From the NCBI GenBank assembly GCA_017546315.1, contig JAFYXH010000001.1, positions 8,247 to 72,246 on the forward strand: a DNA stretch of 64,000 bases. Reading direction: 5' to 3'. How positions within the stretch are numbered: position 1 is the stretch's first letter; every line of letters begins with the position of its first letter. This DNA comes from Alphaproteobacteria bacterium. GTDB taxonomy: Bacteria > Pseudomonadota > Alphaproteobacteria > RF32 > CAG-239. Shown in pieces: positions 38,235 through 47,249 of the stretch. The position numbers and the translations under genes are program-made. The notes beneath the pieces were generated by a model. It ran no database searches and was not told the DNA's origin. It worked only from the letters and a program-made list of their open reading frames with translations.

Positions 38235-39914
38235 CTAGCGTTCTAGTTTTTTGTATTTTATGCGGTGAGGATTTACAGCATCTTCCCCTAAACGACGAAT
38301 TTTGTCTTTTTCATAATCTTCAAAATTACCTTCGAACCACTCAACATGACCTTCATCTTCATAAGCTAAGATATGTGTTGCTAAACGGTCTAAGAACCAT
38401 CTGTCGTGTGATGTTACTAATACGCAACCAGGATAATTCATAATACCATCTTCTAGGGATCTAAGTGTATCAACATCCAAATCATTAGTTGGCTCATCGA
38501 GCAAAATAACATTTGCACCTTTTTGAAGCATTTTTGCAAGATGAACTCTATTTCTTTCACCGCCTGATAATTGGCCGATTTTCTTTTGTTGATCTGTACC
38601 TTTGAAATTAAACTGTCCAACATAGGCACGAGATGGAATTTGTTTTTTACCTAATTCTATAATATCTAAACCATCAGATATTTCTTCCCAAATAGTCTTG
38701 TCTGCTCGCAATTCATCACGACTTTGATCTACATATCCAAGGTCAACAGTCTCACCTATTACAATCTCACCAGAATCGGGAGTCTCTTGACCTGTTATCA
38801 TTCTAAACAAAGTTGTTTTTCCTGCTCCATTAGGGCCTATAATTCCAACAATTGCACCTTTTGGGATTTTGAATGACAAATTATCAATTAAAACTTTTTC
38901 GCCATAAGCTTTAGATATATTCTTTGCTTCTATTACCATATCTCCTAGACGTTCTGTCATTGGGATATTGATATGAGCTTGACTTATTTCTTCTTTTTGG
39001 CTTTGAGATAATAATTCTTCGTAAGCGTTAATACGTGCTTTTGATTTTGCTTGGCGTGCCTTAGGATTTTTCCTAATCCACTCTAACTCATTGGCTAAAG
39101 TCTTTTGACGTGCATTTTCTTCACGTTGTTCTTGCTCTATACGCTTTTGCTTTTGCTCTAACCATGATGTATAATTGCCTTCATAAGGGATGCCTTGTCC
39201 TCTATCTAATTCAAGAATCCAACCGGTTACATTATCTAGGAAGTAGCGGTCATGGGTTACCATAACAACTGTTCCTTTGTAATCTCTTAAATGATGCTCT
39301 AACCATGCAACAGATTCTGCATCTAGGTGATTGGTTGGCTCGTCTAATAATAGCATATCAGGCTTAGACAACAACAAGCGACATAATGCAACACGTCTTT
39401 TTTCACCACCTGAAAGTTTTGTAACATCTGCATCTTTAGGAGGACAGCGAAGAGCATCCATCGCAATTTCAACAGTTCTTTCAACATCCCAACCATTGAG
39501 TGCATCTATTTTTTCTTGAAGAGTTGCTTGCTCTTCTATCAATGCATTCATTTCGTCGTCTGTCATTGGCTCTGCAAACTTCATTGATACTTCTTCAAAT
39601 CGTTTAAGTAAAGATACGGTCTCACCAAGGCCATCCATAACGTTTTCCATAACTGTTTTAGTTGGATCTAACTTTGGTTCTTGCTCTAAATATCCTATTT
39701 TAACACCTTCTTGAGCCCATGCTTCACCATTAAACTCTTTATCTACACCAGCCATTATTTTCAAAAGTGTAGATTTACCAGCTCCATTTACACCCAATAC
39801 ACCAATCTTGGCTCCAGGGAAAAATGATAAACTGATATTCTTGAATAATTCTTTTCCTCCGGGAAAAACTTTACTTAAATTCTGCATAACATAAATGTAT
39901 TGATATGATGCCAT
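38235..39914 (-). CDS. ettA: Energy-dependent translational throttle protein EttA (ABC-F)
   Basis: [49 protein letters not shown]. Two ABC cassettes, 559 aa. Confidence 0.95.
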   Translation of the reverse strand: MASYQYIYVMQNLSKVFPGGKELFKNISLSFFPGAKIGVLGVNGAGKSTLLKIMAGVDKEFNGEAWAQEGVKIGYLEQEPKLDPTKTVMENVMDGLGETVSLLKRFEEVSMKFAEPMTDDEMNALIEEQATLQEKIDALNGWDVERTVEIAMDALRCPPKDADVTKLSGGEKRRVALCRLLLSKPDMLLLDEPTNHLDAESVAWLEHHLRDYKGTVVMVTHDRYFLDNVTGWILELDRGQGIPYEGNYTSWLEQKQKRIEQEQREENARQKTLANELEWIRKNPKARQAKSKARINAYEELLSQSQKEEISQAHINIPMTERLGDMVIEAKNISKAYGEKVLIDNLSFKIPKGAIVGIIGPNGAGKTTLFRMITGQETPDSGEIVIGETVDLGYVDQSRDELRADKTIWEEISDGLDIIELGKKQIPSRAYVGQFNFKGTDQQKKIGQLSGGERNRVHLAKMLQKGANVILLDEPTNDLDVDTLRSLEDGIMNYPGCVLVTSHDRWFLDRLATHILAYEDEGHVEWFEGNFEDYEKDKIRRLGEDAVNPHRIKYKKLER

Positions 39915-39944
39915 TATTTATTTCCTTTACAAATATTGTTTCGT

Positions 39945-40484
39945 TTAACGTCGTCTTTTAGCTTCTTCTTGTTTGATTTTTTGATATATCCCTTCTCTTT
40001 GAGCCTTTTGTTGCCTTTGTGTCATTATTTTATCATAATAAGCATTTAAGGCGCTTCGCTCATCTTTGGTTTTATCATATAAATAATTGGGATTATATTT
40101 TTGGCGAGGTTTGATTATTTTGCCATCTGGTAGTTTTATTGTACCATTTTTATATAATTTAGAATTAAAAATCTTTTGACTATTGAAACGCTTGTTAATG
40201 TTTGAACATCCAAGCAAACCATCTTGTCTTTTGCTAATATAAGCTTCGGCTTTTGCTGAATTATATTCATACATCCCTTCATATTGCTCTTCATCTGATG
40301 AAGCTGAACTTACTAAAAATGCTCTAGAGATAAGTTCATAGGCCGGATATCGCTTGGCTCCACATGCAAGACCTTCTCCTGCAACGTATCCTAAACTTCT
40401 AACATCTTCGATATAAGATGCTGTTGCTTTAGTATTGGTTGCAAATAAAACTAAAGAAAGTACTAGAATTTTCGAGAATTTCAT
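39945..40484 (-). CDS. Hypothetical secreted protein
   Basis: The internal ATG at 40484 gives MKFSKILVLSLVLFATNTKATA, a signal peptide. The longer 264-aa ORF in the track runs antisense through rpmJ and is rejected. The C-terminus is basic (KQEEAKRRR). Confidence 0.55.
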   Translation of the reverse strand: MKFSKILVLSLVLFATNTKATASYIEDVRSLGYVAGEGLACGAKRYPAYELISRAFLVSSASSDEEQYEGMYEYNSAKAEAYISKRQDGLLGCSNINKRFNSQKIFNSKLYKNGTIKLPDGKIIKPRQKYNPNYLYDKTKDERSALNAYYDKIMTQRQQKAQREGIYQKIKQEEAKRRR

Positions 40485-40619
40485 GGATATACAAACCTCA
40501 TTATTTTTTCGTTTTTCGATTATAGCTATAAATAATTCTATTTCAAGTGAAAAAATTATTTGACAAATTAAAAGTATTAGCGTAAGTTTCGTGTAAACTT
40601 TTATGTAAGGAATAAGAAA

Positions 40620-40745
40620 ATGAAATTGTATAGCTCTTTGAAGTCTAAAAAAGCGCGCGTTAGAGGTTGTAAGCTCGTTCGTCGTAAGGGCCGTCTTTAT
40701 GTTATTAACAAAAAAGAACCTAAATATAAATGTCGCCAAGGTTAA
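40620..40745 (+). CDS. rpmJ: 50S ribosomal protein L36
   Basis: The 41-codon [44 protein letters not shown] matches the alphaproteobacterial L36 pattern (MKVRNSLKSLK.R...C..VRRKGR.YVINK..PR.K.RQG). AAGGA RBS upstream. It is below the size cut-off of the ORF track. Confidence 0.9.
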   Translation: MKLYSSLKSKKARVRGCKLVRRKGRLYVINKKEPKYKCRQG

Positions 40746-40763
40746 TTAGACGATTAAAAAATT

Positions 40764-40793
40764 AAAACCGAGTTATTTGCTCGGTTTTTTTTT
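40764..40793. terminator. Terminator hairpin after rpmJ, also positioned downstream of acpS
   Basis: aaaaccgag-ttatttg-ctcggtttt followed by a T9 run. Confidence 0.8.
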
Positions 40794-40837
40794 ATATCTT
40801 TTTTCTTGTAAATTGAAGTTTATTGTAATTTATTTTG

Positions 40838-41254
40838 TTACAAAGCTTCCATAACAACTACTGCATTTACATACTCTCTTTCATTAGAAAGAGTTATGTG
40901 CATTTTAAAATCTTGATTATCTGAAACCAAATATGCTCTTGCTAAAGCTTTATTATATAAATTTATGAGAGGTTTACCTAGATTATCGTGGACTATTTCT
41001 ATATCTTTTAAGGTTATACCGTGCCTAAATCCAGAACCTAGAGCTTTAGAAACTGCTTCTTTTGCGGCAAAACGAGTTGCTAAAGCCATTTGTAATGCTT
41101 TGCTATCATCTGATTTTATTTTTCGAGCAAGCTCTAATCTTTCAATATCTGTTAGATATTTTTTAGAAAAACGTGATAAGAATTTAATATCTTTATCAAA
41201 TCTTGAAATGTTTACTATATCACATCCCAATCCTAATATCATTTTAATCTCCAT
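40838..41254 (-). CDS. acpS: Holo-[acyl-carrier-protein] synthase
   Basis: ILGLGCDIVNISRF and FAAKEAVSKALG are AcpS motifs. The true start may be the ATG at 41242 (GGAGA RBS) rather than 41254. Confidence 0.9.
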   Translation of the reverse strand: MEIKMILGLGCDIVNISRFDKDIKFLSRFSKKYLTDIERLELARKIKSDDSKALQMALATRFAAKEAVSKALGSGFRHGITLKDIEIVHDNLGKPLINLYNKALARAYLVSDNQDFKMHITLSNEREYVNAVVVMEAL

Positions 41255-41750
41255 TATTTTGTGGTTTCATTATCGACTTTTCAACCAAATACGAAATAAC
41301 GTACCACACTAAAATATAATAAGGTATACACCCTATTAACATTGGTAAGAATATCGGCCAAATATCATGTATAAATAAATTAAAGTCAAGACTTATGATT
41401 GCGTGAAACAATTTAACAAAAAACTCTTTAAAATTTGCAGGCAAAGAATTATTGCCTTCACCCATTATCATAATACCTGTATGAAATGTTAAATACCAAA
41501 TAATTGGAAAACTCCATGGATTGCCTGCTATTGTTCCTAAAGTTGCCGCGACTCCATTTTGTTTAGTTATTTTAGCTACAACCAATGACAACAAAATATG
41601 AAATCCAACGAATGGCGTAAAAGACATTGCAACACCTGTTGCAAAGCCTTTCGCTACTTCTTTAGGATTCCCTCGAATAGAATCCAATTTTTGAAATAAT
41701 CGCTGATACGCTTTATGCAATAATAGTCCCATTTTTGTAATTAGGGACAT
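41244..41750 (-). CDS. DUF2062 domain membrane protein
   Basis: NPKEVAKGFATGVAMSFTPFVGFHILLSLVVAKI...GNPWSFPIIWYLTFHTG matches the DUF2062 pattern. Confidence 0.7.
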   Translation of the reverse strand: MSLITKMGLLLHKAYQRLFQKLDSIRGNPKEVAKGFATGVAMSFTPFVGFHILLSLVVAKITKQNGVAATLGTIAGNPWSFPIIWYLTFHTGIMIMGEGNNSLPANFKEFFVKLFHAIISLDFNLFIHDIWPIFLPMLIGCIPYYILVWYVISYLVEKSIMKPQNNGD

Positions 41751-41758
41751 TTTTCCTC

Positions 41759-43885
41759 CTATGCTCTAGAAACAAAACTTATCACTTTTGACGCTTTTAA
41801 TGCTGCAATGATATCTTCTAGATGAGATGTATTTTTAACATCCACATCTACTAATATCTCAAAATAACTAATCGTTCTATATACAATATTCAAGTTTGTA
41901 ATATTTGCATTTTGACGAGCAATCAAATTTGATAATTCACCTAAAGCTCCAGGCTCGTTGCTTATCATAACTTTTATACGAGCAGTATGATTATCAACCT
42001 CAGCTTCTTCTCCCCATGATATATCTAACCAACGCTCAGGTTCATCAGCATATTTTTCTAATGCTTTACAGGATAAGGAGTGTATCGCGACACCTTTACC
42101 TGTGGTTACAATACCAACAATACGATCACCAGGAATTGGATGACAACAACCTGCAAAATGAACAGCCATTCCTGTTATCAAACCTTCTATTTTTAAGGCT
42201 GTATTTTTCTTCTTACGAGGTTTTGATAGTTTAATCGAATTAACAACTTGAGTTATTTTGGATTGCTTATAAGCTGGATATACCGTGCGCAAAACATCCC
42301 AACCGGTTATTAAACCTTCACCCACTTTAGCATATAAATCTTCTAAACTTTCACAATCAAAATTAGGTAGAGTTCCATATATGCCTTTTTCTGTAAATTC
42401 TAAGTTTTCCTGCTTGAACAACTTTTCTAAGATATCCTTACCTAAAGATATAAATTGCTCACGCTTGCAAGCTCTCACATAACGACGAATTGCTGCCTTT
42501 GCTTTACCTGTTACAACAAATCTTTCCCATTCTGTTGATGGATGTTGAGCTTTGGAGGTTAAAACTTCTACTTGATCACCATTTTGTAATACACTTCTTA
42601 ATGGTTTAATCTCACCATTTATTTTTGCACCAACACATCTATCGCCTACGCTAGAATGGACTGCATAAGCAAAATCAACAGGCGTTGCACCATAAGGAAG
42701 ACCAATCAAATCTCCCTTTGGAGTAAAACAAAATACTTGATCGTTATACATTTCAAGTTTTGTATTTTCTAAAAATTCATCTGGATTTTGAGCTTGCTCC
42801 AAAATTTCAAGCAGTTCTCGTATCCATCTAAAACTGCGTCCTGCAACTTTTTGCCCTTGTTTGTATGCCCAATGTGCAGCAACACCCTTCTCATTTATTT
42901 CGTGCATATCAATGGTACGTATCTGAATTTCAATACGAGTATTTTCAGGACCTATTATACCTGTGTGAATTGATTGATATCCATTTGGCTTTGGAGTTGA
43001 TATATAATCCTTAAAACGGCGAGGAATCATGTGATATTTACTATGTATAATACCTAGAGCTTGATAGCACGCACCTATATCATCTACACAAATACGGAAT
43101 GCCATAATATCTGACAATTGTTCAAATGAAGCATTTTTCAATTGCATTTTACGCCAAATTGAATATGGAGCTTTTTCACGTCCTGTAATAACTGCTTTTA
43201 CAGAATTTTCTTCCATATCTTTTTGTAATTGTTTTATAATCTTTGGAACAAGATTACTCCCCTGCTCTCTTAAGAAGTTTAATCTTGCAACAATTGAATC
43301 ATGAGCCTCTTTATGCAACTCTCGAAATGCAATATCTTCTAGCTCTGTTTTTATCTCTTGCATACCAATTCTTTCAGCAAGAGGAGCATAGATATCGAGG
43401 GTTTCTTTAGCTATTCTTTTTCTTTTTTCTTCTGAACAAAAATGTAATGTTCTGATGTTATGTAGTCTGTCAGCTAATTTAATTAACAAAACTCGAATAT
43501 CTTCAGACATTGCAAGCAATAATTTTCTGAAATTTTCTGCTTGTTTACTTGAGCCTGATTTTTGTTCAATTATTGCAAGTTTTGTTACACCATCTACAAT
43601 GGCTGCCACTTGTGATCCAAATAAATTTTTTATTTCTTCTACCGTGGTATCTGTATCTTCTACTGTATCATGTAGAAGACCTGCTATGATAGAATTACAG
43701 TCTAAGCGGAATTTTGTTAGGATACCTGCAACCTCAATTGGATGAGAATAATATGGATCGCCGGAAGTCCTTAATTGCGCTCCGTGTTTTTTCATAGCAA
43801 AAACGTAGGCTCTATTTAGCGCCTCTTCATCTGCATTTGGATCATAAGATTTAACTAAATCAACTAATTCATACTGTCTTAACAT
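41759..43885 (-). CDS. spoT: Bifunctional (p)ppGpp synthetase/hydrolase (RSH, SpoT/Rel)
   Basis: HD hydrolase region (GDPYYSHPIEVA, LHDTVEDT), synthetase region (YQSIHT), and TGS and ACT regions. I prefer the ATG at 43885 (MLRQYELVDLV, AGAGG RBS). Confidence 0.95.
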   Translation of the reverse strand: MLRQYELVDLVKSYDPNADEEALNRAYVFAMKKHGAQLRTSGDPYYSHPIEVAGILTKFRLDCNSIIAGLLHDTVEDTDTTVEEIKNLFGSQVAAIVDGVTKLAIIEQKSGSSKQAENFRKLLLAMSEDIRVLLIKLADRLHNIRTLHFCSEEKRKRIAKETLDIYAPLAERIGMQEIKTELEDIAFRELHKEAHDSIVARLNFLREQGSNLVPKIIKQLQKDMEENSVKAVITGREKAPYSIWRKMQLKNASFEQLSDIMAFRICVDDIGACYQALGIIHSKYHMIPRRFKDYISTPKPNGYQSIHTGIIGPENTRIEIQIRTIDMHEINEKGVAAHWAYKQGQKVAGRSFRWIRELLEILEQAQNPDEFLENTKLEMYNDQVFCFTPKGDLIGLPYGATPVDFAYAVHSSVGDRCVGAKINGEIKPLRSVLQNGDQVEVLTSKAQHPSTEWERFVVTGKAKAAIRRYVRACKREQFISLGKDILEKLFKQENLEFTEKGIYGTLPNFDCESLEDLYAKVGEGLITGWDVLRTVYPAYKQSKITQVVNSIKLSKPRKKKNTALKIEGLITGMAVHFAGCCHPIPGDRIVGIVTTGKGVAIHSLSCKALEKYADEPERWLDISWGEEAEVDNHTARIKVMISNEPGALGELSNLIARQNANITNLNIVYRTISYFEILVDVDVKNTSHLEDIIAALKASKVISFVSRA

Positions 43886-43997
43886 ATAACCTCTTTTCTT
43901 ATTCACATCTTAAAAGTATAGTATATAAATAAAAAAAAGCAAGATACTTTGTACATATCTTGCTTCAAGAATAATTAAATTTTAGTTTCAGATTTAC

Positions 43998-44477
43998 TTA
44001 TTCGTCAAAATCACCCATATCATCAGAGAAATCATCTTTTACATCAAGCAAATCATCATCAAAATCACCATCATCTAAAGATAAACCATCTGTATCAACA
44101 TCAAGAACTTCTCCGTTAGAATCTTCAATTTGCATGCTTTCTGCTAGAGCTGCATCCAAAATTGTATCCCCATCAAATTGAGCATCTAATTCTGCTAATT
44201 CTTTTTCTGCTGCTAAGATTTCCAACTCTTCTTCTTCAGGCTCTTCAACTTCTATATATTTTTGTAATCCCATTACAAGAGATCTTTGTAAATCTTCAAT
44301 ATCTGCCTTGCACTCAGCGATTTCTCTTAAAGCTACAACAGAGTTTTTATCATTATCTCTGTCAACCATAATTGGAGAACCTGATGCGATATCTTTTGCA
44401 CGTTGTGATGCAACCAAAAGAAGTTCATAGCGGTTAGGTATTTTTTCAATGCAGTCTTCAACTGTTACGCGAGCCAT
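43998..44477 (-). CDS. rpoZ: DNA-directed RNA polymerase subunit omega with an acidic C-terminal tail
   Basis: MARVTVEDCIEKIPNRYELLLVASQRAKDIASG is the canonical RpoZ N-terminus. It sits upstream of spoT as usual. The last ~60 aa are extremely D/E-rich. Confidence 0.92.
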   Translation of the reverse strand: MARVTVEDCIEKIPNRYELLLVASQRAKDIASGSPIMVDRDNDKNSVVALREIAECKADIEDLQRSLVMGLQKYIEVEEPEEEELEILAAEKELAELDAQFDGDTILDAALAESMQIEDSNGEVLDVDTDGLSLDDGDFDDDLLDVKDDFSDDMGDFDE

Positions 44478-44561
44478 TATTATCCACCTTTTTAACAAAA
44501 TTACACTTTGGGAAAGTTATACACAAAACATATTGGAATTGCAACCTTTTTTTTAAAAAAT

Positions 44562-45815
44562 TTAATATATGATAGGTGCTGTAAGCAAAACTCCTTGCAA
44601 TTTAATAAATTTCTCATCAATTTTTTCTTTTACTGGCAAGACTGCATTTACATCCTCTCTAAATACTGAATACATTTTTATGATTGCTGCTTGGTTAGCA
44701 TACATTTCATTTTTCCATTTTTCAGGAAGATGTTTTATGTAATGATCGTAGTATCCTTTTTTATGATAACTTACAGCGTGTGCAACTTCTGCTGTGGAGC
44801 TTGCAACCCTAAATGCCCTTATGGTCTTATCCCCAACGTAAGCCCACTGTTCTGGAGTAAATGCGTATTTTGCAAGCAAGCCTTTAAATTCATTATAAAC
44901 ACCACCAAAACGCATTTTCAAAACTAAGCGCTGACATGGATTTACTACATCTTTTAGCTCATTTTGATAAAGAGCGGTGTTATTTTCTTGCTCCCACATA
45001 TCAAGCAAATATTCACCAGTTATTATATTTCCATATACTCTATAACCATCACCTTCTCCCCATTTAACAATTTCTTCTATCGTATCTGCAAATGCTTCTG
45101 CATCTTTGGTTGTTAGAGGTGATGTTAATGTTGGATTTATGGTTCGATAATTTGATGCTACTGATGTTTTCTTAGTAGTTGAGGCTTTGGGTGGCTTTGG
45201 AGCTTCTTGCTCTAAACCAATTTTATTCTTCAAGAAATTTGGAATATCTTTTATGTTATTTGGTTTCTTTACTGGAATTTCTTCTGGCTCATCTAAATCT
45301 TTGGGTTCATTCTCTCCCCATAATTCCGGCATCAATAAAATATAAAGAGCTGGAGATAAATATTCTATATCCTCTATTTCTTGAGCTCGTTTAGCCACTT
45401 TTTGTGGAAATTGATTTTTGGTTTCTTTAATTCCTGGAAGATTTAAGATTTTCTCTGACATTCCAGGGACTTCATGCAACATTGGCCCTATATATTGATA
45501 CATTTCTTTAGGCAACCAGCTTAAAGCCTCTAGAAGCTCATCCTCATAGCTATTTTTTAAGCGTTTTTCACTTAGGCCATAAAACTTTATAACCTTACTA
45601 AATTCTATTTTAAATCTATTACCCATCTTATATCTAGAGGTATAACCTTTATCGTATATATTACTCATATCTAGATATTTTTTCATAAACTCTTCGGGAT
45701 CTGGAATTTCGGCTGTCATATCAACTTTAAAATACTTATTAAAGTCTCCTACTTTCGCTTCAGCTCTTAAAACAATAAAAAAAGAAAACACTAGTAAAAA
45801 TATTCTTACAAACAT
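44562..45815 (-). CDS. Hypothetical secreted protein
   Basis: Signal peptide MFVRIFLLVFSFFIVLRAEA. 417 aa with a Pro/Lys-rich linker in the middle. I recognise no family. Confidence 0.6.
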   Translation of the reverse strand: MFVRIFLLVFSFFIVLRAEAKVGDFNKYFKVDMTAEIPDPEEFMKKYLDMSNIYDKGYTSRYKMGNRFKIEFSKVIKFYGLSEKRLKNSYEDELLEALSWLPKEMYQYIGPMLHEVPGMSEKILNLPGIKETKNQFPQKVAKRAQEIEDIEYLSPALYILLMPELWGENEPKDLDEPEEIPVKKPNNIKDIPNFLKNKIGLEQEAPKPPKASTTKKTSVASNYRTINPTLTSPLTTKDAEAFADTIEEIVKWGEGDGYRVYGNIITGEYLLDMWEQENNTALYQNELKDVVNPCQRLVLKMRFGGVYNEFKGLLAKYAFTPEQWAYVGDKTIRAFRVASSTAEVAHAVSYHKKGYYDHYIKHLPEKWKNEMYANQAAIIKMYSVFREDVNAVLPVKEKIDEKFIKLQGVLLTAPIIY

Positions 45816-45950
45816 AAACGCCTCTTAAAATCATCTGTTTTATTTGAAGTTATATAATAAAAATTAAAAAAACGTTATGCTTGCATTTTAAAACCATTTG
45901 GTTTATTGTTGGTTAAATTTGTTTTCACCCTTTTAATGGAGTTAATAAAA

Positions 45951-46424
45951 ATGATATGGACAGATGAAGCTGTTGAAGAACTAAAAAAAATGTGGGATAA
46001 AGGCATGACAACTGGGCAAATTGCCAAAGTATTGAATGTTACGAAAAATTCAATTATAGGTAAAGTGCACCGTTTATGCTTAACAGCTCGCCCTTCTCCA
46101 ATTAAGAAATCAAACAAAACTACTGAAGAAAAGAAGGCAACTCCTGCTAAGAAAGCGGAAAAAACTACTAAGGCAAAATCTTGCACACCTGCTCCTAAGA
46201 AATTAGAGCAAGCTCCTATTAAAGAGGAAGTTAAACCTGTTGTTCCTGTTCCAGAAGAAATCAACATTCCATTAGTAAAACTTGATAACCATACTTGTCG
46301 TTGGCCAATGGGTGATCCTAGGGATGAAGATTTTTGTTTTTGCGGTAAACGAATTAAAACAGGTCAAACATATTGCGAAGAGCATGCTGCTATTGCTTAT
46401 GTAAAACCAGGAAAGAAAATTTAA
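45951..46424 (+). CDS. gcrA: Cell-cycle transcriptional regulator GcrA
   Basis: MIWTDEAVEELKKMWDKGMTTGQIAKVLNVTKNSIIGKVHRL...HTCRWPMGDP...FCGK...YCEEH is the GcrA signature. ATG at 45951 with a GGAG RBS. Confidence 0.92.
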   Translation: MIWTDEAVEELKKMWDKGMTTGQIAKVLNVTKNSIIGKVHRLCLTARPSPIKKSNKTTEEKKATPAKKAEKTTKAKSCTPAPKKLEQAPIKEEVKPVVPVPEEINIPLVKLDNHTCRWPMGDPRDEDFCFCGKRIKTGQTYCEEHAAIAYVKPGKKI

Positions 46425-46445
46425 TTTTTTATATCAGACAAATAC

Positions 46446-46472
46446 AAAGGTGCGAATCTATTTCGCACCTTT
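46446..46472 (+). terminator. Putative terminator after gcrA
   Basis: aaaggtgcgaa-tcta-tttcgcaccttt hairpin. The T-run is weak. Confidence 0.5.
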
Positions 46473-46489
46473 AGTTTAAGGGCATATTT

Positions 46490-47188
46490 ATGTATAGTGA
46501 AAAATTTTTAAAATTTATTGAGATGTGGCAAAAGGAATTTGCAATTGAGCGCTCTATTGATGAAAAAGTTTGCCTAGATAAAGACAACAACCCTATACCT
46601 TGGTACACATATCCTGCTATCGAATATCTATCTCAATTTGATTATGAAAACAAAGAAATTTTTGAATTTGGTTGTGGGTATTCCTCTCTATTTTGGGCAA
46701 ATAGAGCAAAGAAAGTTACAAGTATTGAAGACAACATTAATTGGTTTCAAAAATGGCAAAATGAATTTAACCACCCTAGGCTTGATATGCGTTGGAGAGA
46801 TGAAGGTGAAGGGTATTTCAATGCAATTTTTGAAGATAAGAAAAAATATGATGTAATTATTGTTGATGGAAAAAGAAGAGCTGATTGCGCAAGAGTTGCA
46901 TGCGAATGTCTAAATGAAGGGGGCATGATAATACTTGATGATAGCGATAGAATTAACACCAGTAAAGAATACGTTGATGCTGTGAACTTCTTAAAACAAG
47001 CCCAGCTAATTCAAGTAGATTTTTATGGATTTTGTCCTATGAATAATTATACAAAAACCACTTCTTTATTTTTATCTAGAGATTTTAACTTTAAATCACA
47101 ATATATTGTGCAACCAATAAATGGACTTGGAAATCTATGGAGCATGGGTAGAAAAGGTAGGAAAGAATTTTATAAAATAAACAAATAA
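46490..47188 (+). CDS. Class I SAM-dependent methyltransferase-like protein (substrate unknown)
   Basis: IFEFGCGYSSLFW (motif I-like) and YDVIIVDGKRRADC...GGMIILDDSD resemble Rossmann-fold methyltransferases. No DPPY/NPPY motif. Confidence 0.4.
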   Translation: MYSEKFLKFIEMWQKEFAIERSIDEKVCLDKDNNPIPWYTYPAIEYLSQFDYENKEIFEFGCGYSSLFWANRAKKVTSIEDNINWFQKWQNEFNHPRLDMRWRDEGEGYFNAIFEDKKKYDVIIVDGKRRADCARVACECLNEGGMIILDDSDRINTSKEYVDAVNFLKQAQLIQVDFYGFCPMNNYTKTTSLFLSRDFNFKSQYIVQPINGLGNLWSMGRKGRKEFYKINK

Positions 47189-47201
47189 AAAAAGCCCCCT
47201 T

Positions 47202-47229
47202 TGAATTATCTGCATGAGCAGATAATTCA
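47202..47229. terminator. Perfect 12-bp-stem hairpin between convergent genes
   Basis: tgaattatctgc-atga-gcagataattca. The T-run follows only after 9 nt (..ttaggagacttttttt). Confidence 0.55.
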
Positions 47230-47249
47230 TTAGGAGACTTTTTTTACTC

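Noticed and set aside
39945-40739. The long 264-aa form of the minus-strand ORF.
   Set aside because: Its 5' third runs antisense through a well-supported rpmJ gene and its promoter region. The internal ATG at 40484 gives a clean signal peptide, so only 39945..40484 is kept.
44480-44488. A DnaA-box-like TTATCCACC just upstream of rpoZ.
   Set aside because: It is a single near-consensus 9-mer with no cluster of boxes, no AT-rich unwinding element arrangement and no dnaA/hemE-type origin context.
45875-46267. A 130-aa ORF antisense to gcrA.
   Set aside because: It overlaps the conserved GcrA coding frame, has no RBS, and its translation has no recognisable features.
46490-47188. The possibility that the methyltransferase-like gene next to gcrA is the CcrM DNA methyltransferase.
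   Set aside because: It lacks the DPPY/NPPY catalytic motif and the size and organisation of CcrM-type N6-adenine DNA methyltransferases. Only a generic Rossmann-like motif I is visible.
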